From an archaeon (GTDB lineage: Archaea > Iainarchaeota > Iainarchaeia > Iainarchaeales > JANQMZ01), in assembly GCA_028279805.1 (NCBI GenBank), contig JANQMZ010000007.1:214399-278398 (forward strand): DNA of 64,000 nt, read 5' to 3'. Each line of letters opens with the position of its first letter. Positions within the stretch are counted from its first letter, which is position 1. The notes below the pieces were generated by a model that had not been told where the DNA came from, ran no database searches, and saw only the letters and a program-made list of their open reading frames with translations. A program made the position numbers and the translations under genes. This document shows, piece by piece, positions 58,845 to 64,000 of this stretch.

Positions 58845-60026
58845 ATGGCAAAAGCTGATGAATTTTTAGGAAAAGAAGTTTCAAGACTAAAAAAAGAACA
58901 TTTAAACTGGACTTTGAGGGAATTACAGTCATCTTCAAAACCTCATGCAAAAGTTGATGGTAAAGATGTTCTGATGCTGTGCACTAACAATTACCTTGGT
59001 TTTAGTACTCACCCAAAAATAATTAAAGCAATGGTTGATGCAACGGAAAAATGGGGTGCGGGAGCGGGAGCTGTTCCGGTTTTATCTGGCAGAACCTCTT
59101 TACAAATTGAATTTGAAGAAAAACTTGCAAAGTTTAAGGAAGTGGAAGCAACCTTGTTGTGCCAGACAGGTTTTGCTGTTAACTCAGGATTGATTCCACA
59201 AATTGTTGGACAAGGTGATTTGGTTATATCGGATCAGTTAAATCACGGCAGCATTATTGACGGAGTAAGATTAACAAAAGCGGACAGAGGAATTTATGCT
59301 CATAACGATATGAATGAATTGGAAAAAGTTTTAAAGGAAAATAAAGGCAAGCATAAAACAACTTTGATTATAACCGACGGAGTTTTTTCAATGGATGGGG
59401 ATATTGCTCCTTTGGATGAAATTGTAAAACTGGCTGAAGAATTTAATGCAATGGTAATGGTTGACGATTGCCATGGAGAAGGGGTCATGGGGAAAGGCAA
59501 AGGAGTTGTTGCTCATTTTGGTTTGCAGGGAAAAGTTCACATTGAAGGCGGTTCTTTGGGAAAAGCTTTTGGAGTAATGGGTGGCACTATTGCAGGTTCA
59601 AAGGATTTGATTGAATTTGCTTATAATAAATCACGGACATGGTTGTTGAGCACCGCGCATCCACCCGGAATGGTTGCAGCTTGCATTGCAGCCGTTGATG
59701 TTTTGGAATCAGAGCCGGAGCATGTGGAAAATTTGTGGAACAACACTAATTATTTTAAAAAACAGCTTGACAGCCTTGGTTTTAATACCGGCAACAGCCA
59801 GACACCAATTATTCCCATTATTACCGGTGACCCGGGTTCAGCACAGGAATTTGGAAAAATTTTAATGGAAAAAGAAAATATTTTTGTTACTCCAATTGTT
59901 TATCCGATGGTTGCAAAAGAATTGTCAAGGTTAAGGGTTCAAATGCATGCTTTGCTGACAAGAGAAGATTTGGATAAAGCACTTGAAGCAATTGAAAGAA
60001 TTGGCAAAAAATTAAAAGTCATTTAA
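58845..60026 (+). CDS. kbl: 2-amino-3-ketobutyrate CoA ligase (glycine C-acetyltransferase)
   Basis: 393 aa PLP fold-type I; SMDGDIAPLDEIVKLAEEFNAMVMVDDCHGEG. Confidence 0.85.
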   Translation: MAKADEFLGKEVSRLKKEHLNWTLRELQSSSKPHAKVDGKDVLMLCTNNYLGFSTHPKIIKAMVDATEKWGAGAGAVPVLSGRTSLQIEFEEKLAKFKEVEATLLCQTGFAVNSGLIPQIVGQGDLVISDQLNHGSIIDGVRLTKADRGIYAHNDMNELEKVLKENKGKHKTTLIITDGVFSMDGDIAPLDEIVKLAEEFNAMVMVDDCHGEGVMGKGKGVVAHFGLQGKVHIEGGSLGKAFGVMGGTIAGSKDLIEFAYNKSRTWLLSTAHPPGMVAACIAAVDVLESEPEHVENLWNNTNYFKKQLDSLGFNTGNSQTPIIPIITGDPGSAQEFGKILMEKENIFVTPIVYPMVAKELSRLRVQMHALLTREDLDKALEAIERIGKKLKVI

Positions 60027-60127
60027 ATGCATTTCAAAGCTGTTTTAACCTAAAAAAAACCTTATTATTAACTTTTTAACGAGATTAAACAAAAATTTAA
60101 TAAGTTATCAGAATACAATAATATATC

Positions 60128-60334
60128 ATGGTTTTCAAAAGCAATGTGTGGAGAGTTTTCACAGGAGTTACTTTAATTGTACTTGCAGTGTTTTTCCTGT
60201 TAAGCGGTTTAAGATGGTTAAAATTTCCTTTCATAAATGTTGAAACGGATACACTTATTTCATTTGTTTTGATTGTATTGGGAATGGCAGTACTTTATTC
60301 AGGAATTGCCGGAGAAAATGGGGAAGACCATTAA
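60128..60334 (+). CDS. small two-TM membrane protein
   Basis: 68 aa, two hydrophobic helices. Confidence 0.3.
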   Translation: MVFKSNVWRVFTGVTLIVLAVFFLLSGLRWLKFPFINVETDTLISFVLIVLGMAVLYSGIAGENGEDH

Positions 60335-60808
60335 CTATTTTTGTTTTAGTTCCCCGAAATAATCTAAAAATTTTTTAGTTGTTTTTAAAATATATGTTCT
60401 GCCATATTTTTGCCTTGAAATAAATCCTTTTTCAAGAAGTTCTTTTACATGGTCATAAGCTTTTGTGTTTCTATATTTTACAACTTTTGACTGAATTATG
60501 GGTTGCTTGTATGAAATTAAAGCAAGAGTTTTCTGAACTCCTTTGTTTAAATCTGATTCGGCCGCAAAATGATTAACTTTTCCCTGCAGTTCAGGTTTAA
60601 CTCTCATTGAAAAAGAATCATTTTCCCTGTCAATAATTATTTCCAGGCCTGAATTTTTTTCAACATAATCATTTTTTAATTCTTTTAACAGTGAAATAAT
60701 TTCAATTCTTTCCATAATGCCTGTTGTTTCCTTTAATTCTTTTAAAGTCAAAGAACCTGAAGCCATAAAAAGTGAAGCTTCCAAAACCTGTTTTTCATTT
60801 GAAGACAT
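60335..60808 (-). CDS. scpB: segregation and condensation protein B (ScpB-like winged-helix)
   Basis: 157 aa; LEASLFMASGSLTLKEL N-terminal wH typical of ScpB. Confidence 0.6.
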   Translation of the reverse strand: MSSNEKQVLEASLFMASGSLTLKELKETTGIMERIEIISLLKELKNDYVEKNSGLEIIIDRENDSFSMRVKPELQGKVNHFAAESDLNKGVQKTLALISYKQPIIQSKVVKYRNTKAYDHVKELLEKGFISRQKYGRTYILKTTKKFLDYFGELKQK

Positions 60809-60835
60809 GTAAACACTATTAAGGAAAAAAATTGT

Positions 60836-61066
60836 TTAAATTAGTTTCTTTCCCTTCTCATCCAGCACATGAATCACATTAACGGGGCAGTTTTTTGCCG
60901 CCTCCATGTTTGAATCAAAATCATTTTCATTAATTTCTTTTTTTTTAAACTGTGCCTGTCCGTCCTCTTCCATAAACCAGTTTTCAGGGCATAAAACAGG
61001 GCAGGTGCCGCATCCAATGCAACCCGGCCTGTCATATTCAATTTTGTGTTTTGACAAGAAAATCAC
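60836..61066 (-). CDS. single-cluster ferredoxin
   Basis: 76 aa; CIGCGTCPVLCP ... CP cluster ligands. Confidence 0.7.
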   Translation of the reverse strand: MIFLSKHKIEYDRPGCIGCGTCPVLCPENWFMEEDGQAQFKKKEINENDFDSNMEAAKNCPVNVIHVLDEKGKKLI

Positions 61067-61069
61067 GGT

Positions 61070-61855
61070 TTAATATTTTTCAACATGAATTTTTTCAGGT
61101 TTAAAGCCCAATTCTTTGAATAATTCAGATGTTTCTTCAACAGCTGCAGGAATTCCGCATGCATAACAATGTGCCTCGTTTCCTGCTTCAAATTTTGTTT
61201 TTTTAATAATGTGCTGAATGAATCCTTTTTCTCCCTGCCAGTCTGAATCGTTTTTGTCTCCGCAACAAGGATAAAAATGAAAATTTGGCCAAGATTTTTC
61301 TAAAGCGTTTAATTCTTCTCCGTATAAAAATTGTTTTGAATTTCTAAAACCAAAAAACAAATGAACCGGTTTTGAAAAATTTCCTTCTTTTAACAATCTT
61401 AACATTGAAATAAATGGGGCAATGCCTGTTCCTGTTGCGGAAAAAATATATTCTTTTACTTCTTCTTCAGCCAAATTAAATCTGCCATATGGTCCTTTTA
61501 CAATTAATTCTGAACCCACTTTAACATTTTTGTTAACATAATCGCTTAAGCCGCCTGGTTTTTCAATTCTTAAGCATAATTCGATTATGTTTTTTTCTTT
61601 CGGGGAAGAACACATTGAATAAGCTGCAAATCTTAACTGGTCGGGCTTGTTTCTGTCCATAAAACCCGGCGGGGCAAGCATTATGAATTGCCCTGCTTTG
61701 AATTCAAAGTCTTCATTGTGTTTCAATATTAAAATTTTTGCAATTCCTCCCTCGTCGTCTTTGTATTCTTTTATTTTTTCAACTGTGCAGGAAAATTCTT
61801 TAATGTTCATTAAATCACAAAAAATAGAATTATTTACTGTATTCTTCTTCAACAA
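61070..61855 (-). CDS. FNR-like FAD/NAD(P)-binding oxidoreductase (PyrK / sulfide-dehydrogenase gamma-like)
   Basis: 261 aa; FAD-binding RFAAYSM, NAD-binding GTGIAPF, C-terminal Cys cluster CCGD...CYACG. Confidence 0.65.
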   Translation of the reverse strand: MLKKNTVNNSIFCDLMNIKEFSCTVEKIKEYKDDEGGIAKILILKHNEDFEFKAGQFIMLAPPGFMDRNKPDQLRFAAYSMCSSPKEKNIIELCLRIEKPGGLSDYVNKNVKVGSELIVKGPYGRFNLAEEEVKEYIFSATGTGIAPFISMLRLLKEGNFSKPVHLFFGFRNSKQFLYGEELNALEKSWPNFHFYPCCGDKNDSDWQGEKGFIQHIIKKTKFEAGNEAHCYACGIPAAVEETSELFKELGFKPEKIHVEKY

Positions 61856-62081
61856 AAGAGTTTAAGTCTTTTAATAATTTTTCAATTGTTTCATTGTCCA
61901 TGCCGTGGCCTTTTGCTCCGCCTTCAATGGATTCGTGGAATCCAAAATGACAACCGAAACAATGCAAGCCATATTCTGCCATAACGTCAGCTGTTTTTGG
62001 ATATTCTCCAACCATTTTGGCAACAATCGTATCCTTAGTTATTTCAGCCATATAATCAATAATATTTGATGTTTTAAGCAA
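61830..62081 (-). CDS. DUF1858-type small redox protein (CFGCH motif)
   Basis: 83 aa; YGLHCFGCHFGFHESIEGGAKGHGMD. Confidence 0.55.
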   Translation of the reverse strand: MLKTSNIIDYMAEITKDTIVAKMVGEYPKTADVMAEYGLHCFGCHFGFHESIEGGAKGHGMDNETIEKLLKDLNSFVEEEYSK

Positions 62082-62111
62082 TTAAAAACTTTTCCGTGCA
62101 ATCATTGAAGT

Positions 62112-62633
62112 ATGAAAATTTATACAAAAAAAGGAGATTCGGGAAAAACAAGTTTTGGAATAAAAAGAGTTCCAAAAAATTGCATTGAAGTTAAAGCTTT
62201 GGGAAACGTTGATGAACTGGATGCTTTAATTGGTTTGGCTGTTTCAAAAAAATTAAGTCAAAAAAATGAAGGTTTAGCATTGAAAATCCAAAATGACTTG
62301 CATAGAATTACTGCTGAATTGGTTGGACTGGGAAAAAAAGGCTCAGAAATTCAGGAAAAAGACATTAAATTTCTTGAAGAAACAATTGATTCATTTGAAT
62401 TGCCGGAATTAACAAAATTTATTTTGCCAGGCGGTTCAGAGCAGGGAGCATTATTGCATTTGTGCAGGGCTGTTTCAAGAAAAACAGAACGTTCAATTTT
62501 GGATGCTGAAAAAAATATTAAAATTTCAAAAGAATTAAAGGCTTATGTTAACAGGTTAAGTGATTTGTTTTTTTCAATGGCCCGGTTTGAAAATTTAGAA
62601 AATGGTTTTGAAGAAAAAAATCCCGATTATTAA
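62112..62633 (+). CDS. PduO-type ATP:cob(I)alamin adenosyltransferase
   Basis: MKIYTKKGDSGKTSFG...ALGNVDELDALIGLA family signature. Confidence 0.8.
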   Translation: MKIYTKKGDSGKTSFGIKRVPKNCIEVKALGNVDELDALIGLAVSKKLSQKNEGLALKIQNDLHRITAELVGLGKKGSEIQEKDIKFLEETIDSFELPELTKFILPGGSEQGALLHLCRAVSRKTERSILDAEKNIKISKELKAYVNRLSDLFFSMARFENLENGFEEKNPDY

Positions 62634-63331
62634 ATTACAATAAAACCGGAGTTTTGCAGTAAGAAAATTATTGTAGCATACAAAAATGCTCCGCTTAAAA
62701 AGAAAGTCAGGCTGCCTTTTTGTTCTTTTGGCAGATAATCTTTTATTATAACGTAAAGCATTACTCCGACAACAAAAGCCAAAACCATGTCATAAAATTT
62801 TAAAAACTCAACAAAAATAGAAGCTAAAACCATTCCGATTAAAACATGTGAAGATAAAAGAATCTTCAAAGGAAAATGTCCCTTAACGCCCTCATCCAAT
62901 GTTTCAAAAGACAAAGAACCAAAAGCAGTATTCAACCAGACCGGAAAAAACAATAACAAAACCATTGAATTGCTGATTAAAGAAAATTCAAACAAAACAA
63001 TTCCCAAAGCAATATAATAAATAAAAAAAGCAATTGAATGAGCCTGTTTTAATTCTCTAAATAATCTTTCAGGCCGGGCGTGACTGTAAATATGCTTTTC
63101 AATAACATGAAAAACAATAAAGCCAAACAATACAATAAAAAATAACTGGTTATGAAAAATTGAAGCAGTTGTACTGATAAGCAAAGGCAGCAATCCTAAA
63201 AAAATGTAGGAAATTGTTACGCCTGAAGCAAAAGAAATTAATTCATTCCTTAAAGGGTTCAATCTTGTTAAAACTATTTCTCCAAAAAAATGAGTTAAGC
63301 CTAAAACAAGCCCCAACCAGTATACAAACAT
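62630..63331 (-). CDS. polytopic membrane protein, unknown function
   Basis: 233 aa, 7-8 TM. Confidence 0.4.
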   Translation of the reverse strand: MFVYWLGLVLGLTHFFGEIVLTRLNPLRNELISFASGVTISYIFLGLLPLLISTTASIFHNQLFFIVLFGFIVFHVIEKHIYSHARPERLFRELKQAHSIAFFIYYIALGIVLFEFSLISNSMVLLLFFPVWLNTAFGSLSFETLDEGVKGHFPLKILLSSHVLIGMVLASIFVEFLKFYDMVLAFVVGVMLYVIIKDYLPKEQKGSLTFFLSGAFLYATIIFLLQNSGFIVI

Positions 63332-63369
63332 GGCAAATTATAGAATTTTTTTATTATTAAAAGTTTTGA

Positions 63370-63966
63370 TTATTTGAAAGATTTGCCGCAGCCACAGCTT
63401 GCGCTTGCATTTGGGTTGGAAATCTTAAAACCGGATTCGTTTAAAGTGTCCAAATAATCGATTCTTATTCCCTGCAATTGTTCCAATTTGTCTTTTGGAA
63501 TGAAAACTTTTATTCCTTCAATCTCAAATTCCTTGTCTTCAGGTTCTTTTTTTTCTTTTAAATCCAGCAAATAATGCATTCCCGCACAGCCGCCCGGAGC
63601 AGCATCAATTCTTAATCCGGCGCCGTTCTCTGAATTTTTTTGAATTAAATCTTTTAATTTTTCAACCGCTCTCGGAGTCAAATCAATGTCTTTTTGTTCT
63701 GCCGGTTCTTCTTTTTGTTTTTTTGCAGCCAGATTATTCAAATCTTTTAACAAATCATTAATTGTTTTTTCATCCATTCCGTGAGCCATTGCCCCGGCCT
63801 CAATTGATTCAAACGGATTGACATGGCATCCGACGCAATGCAATCCATAACTTAGCATTACTTCAACGCTGTCAGGATATTTTTGAACCAGGTCACCAAT
63901 AATCATGTCCCCTTTGATTAATTGTTTTTGTTCTGTTTCCATAAACTTACACAAGTATTGCTTCAA
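63370..63966 (-). CDS. fusion of DUF1858 domain with A-type Fe-S carrier (IscA/HesB) domain
   Basis: N-terminal YGLHCVGCHVNPFESIEAGAMAHGMD; C-terminal LRIDAAPGGCAGMHY...ISNPNASASCGCGKSF. Confidence 0.65.
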   Translation of the reverse strand: MKQYLCKFMETEQKQLIKGDMIIGDLVQKYPDSVEVMLSYGLHCVGCHVNPFESIEAGAMAHGMDEKTINDLLKDLNNLAAKKQKEEPAEQKDIDLTPRAVEKLKDLIQKNSENGAGLRIDAAPGGCAGMHYLLDLKEKKEPEDKEFEIEGIKVFIPKDKLEQLQGIRIDYLDTLNESGFKISNPNASASCGCGKSFK

Positions 63967-64000
63967 AACAAGTATTTAAACCTAATGTTAAGGATTTTTT

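Noticed and set aside
1-64000. CRISPR arrays, transposases, integrases, restriction-modification or other defence cassettes
   Set aside because: No arrays of identical spaced direct repeats and no ORFs with DDE/tyrosine-recombinase/Cas/methyltransferase motifs were seen; the repeated elements found are short hairpins, not CRISPR repeats.

Overview
This 64 kb window reads as low-GC (roughly 30-35%) archaeal chromosome. The evidence for archaeal origin is a 16S start ATTCCAGCTGATCCTGC, the rRNA operon layout 16S-tRNAAla-23S with long processing stems and no 5S, archaeal-type AlaRS and LeuRS, a complete A1A0 ATPase operon, a Dph6-like diphthamide protein, and an archaeal-type RNase P RNA. Small proteins and the gene mix suggest a DPANN-like lineage, but that is inference, not something the sequence proves. 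Gene order: a partial minus-strand ORF, a UbiA prenyltransferase, a HEAT-repeat protein, the rRNA operon (16S 2178-3663, tRNA-Ala 3825-3897, 23S ~4191-7162), a previously unannotated RNase P RNA (7811-8133), and a GC-rich ORFan followed by a His-rich small membrane protein. Next come alaS and leuS, a degenerate Nudix-fold protein, a long multidomain RelA/SpoT homologue (RSH) and argS, then the A-type ATPase operon in order H-I-K-E-C-F-A-B-D (19.6-27.7 kb), a DEDD exonuclease, an OB-fold protein and tRNA-Arg(TCT). After that: secreted and surface proteins including a 743 aa protein with an internal ~855 bp tandem duplication, HIT and FKBP proteins, two tandem tRNA-Ser genes embedded in a dense array of conserved hairpins, a DUF1704 (MATCAP-like HExxxH) protein, MscS and GMP synthase. 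A metal-homeostasis block follows (Fur box-fur, an RRM protein, an FMO-like oxidoreductase, an ACR3-like permease, nikR, znuABC), then Nnr, sufU-S-D-B-C with an ArsR-type regulator, rpe, an H+-pyrophosphatase, a small zinc-ribbon ORF, tdh-kbl, scpB, and a ferredoxin / FNR-like / DUF1858 / PduO / DUF1858-IscA redox cluster. No CRISPR array, transposase, integrase or obvious defence system was seen. The points most worth follow-up are a full-length RSH alarmone enzyme in an archaeon sitting between three aaRS genes next to a degenerate Nudix protein, a family of conserved GC-rich hairpin modules and a conserved 3'-trailer motif around the tRNA genes, a tRNA-Arg carrying the AlaRS G3:U70 identity pair, an RRM protein inside a metalloregulator island, and a duplicated DUF1858 redox module.
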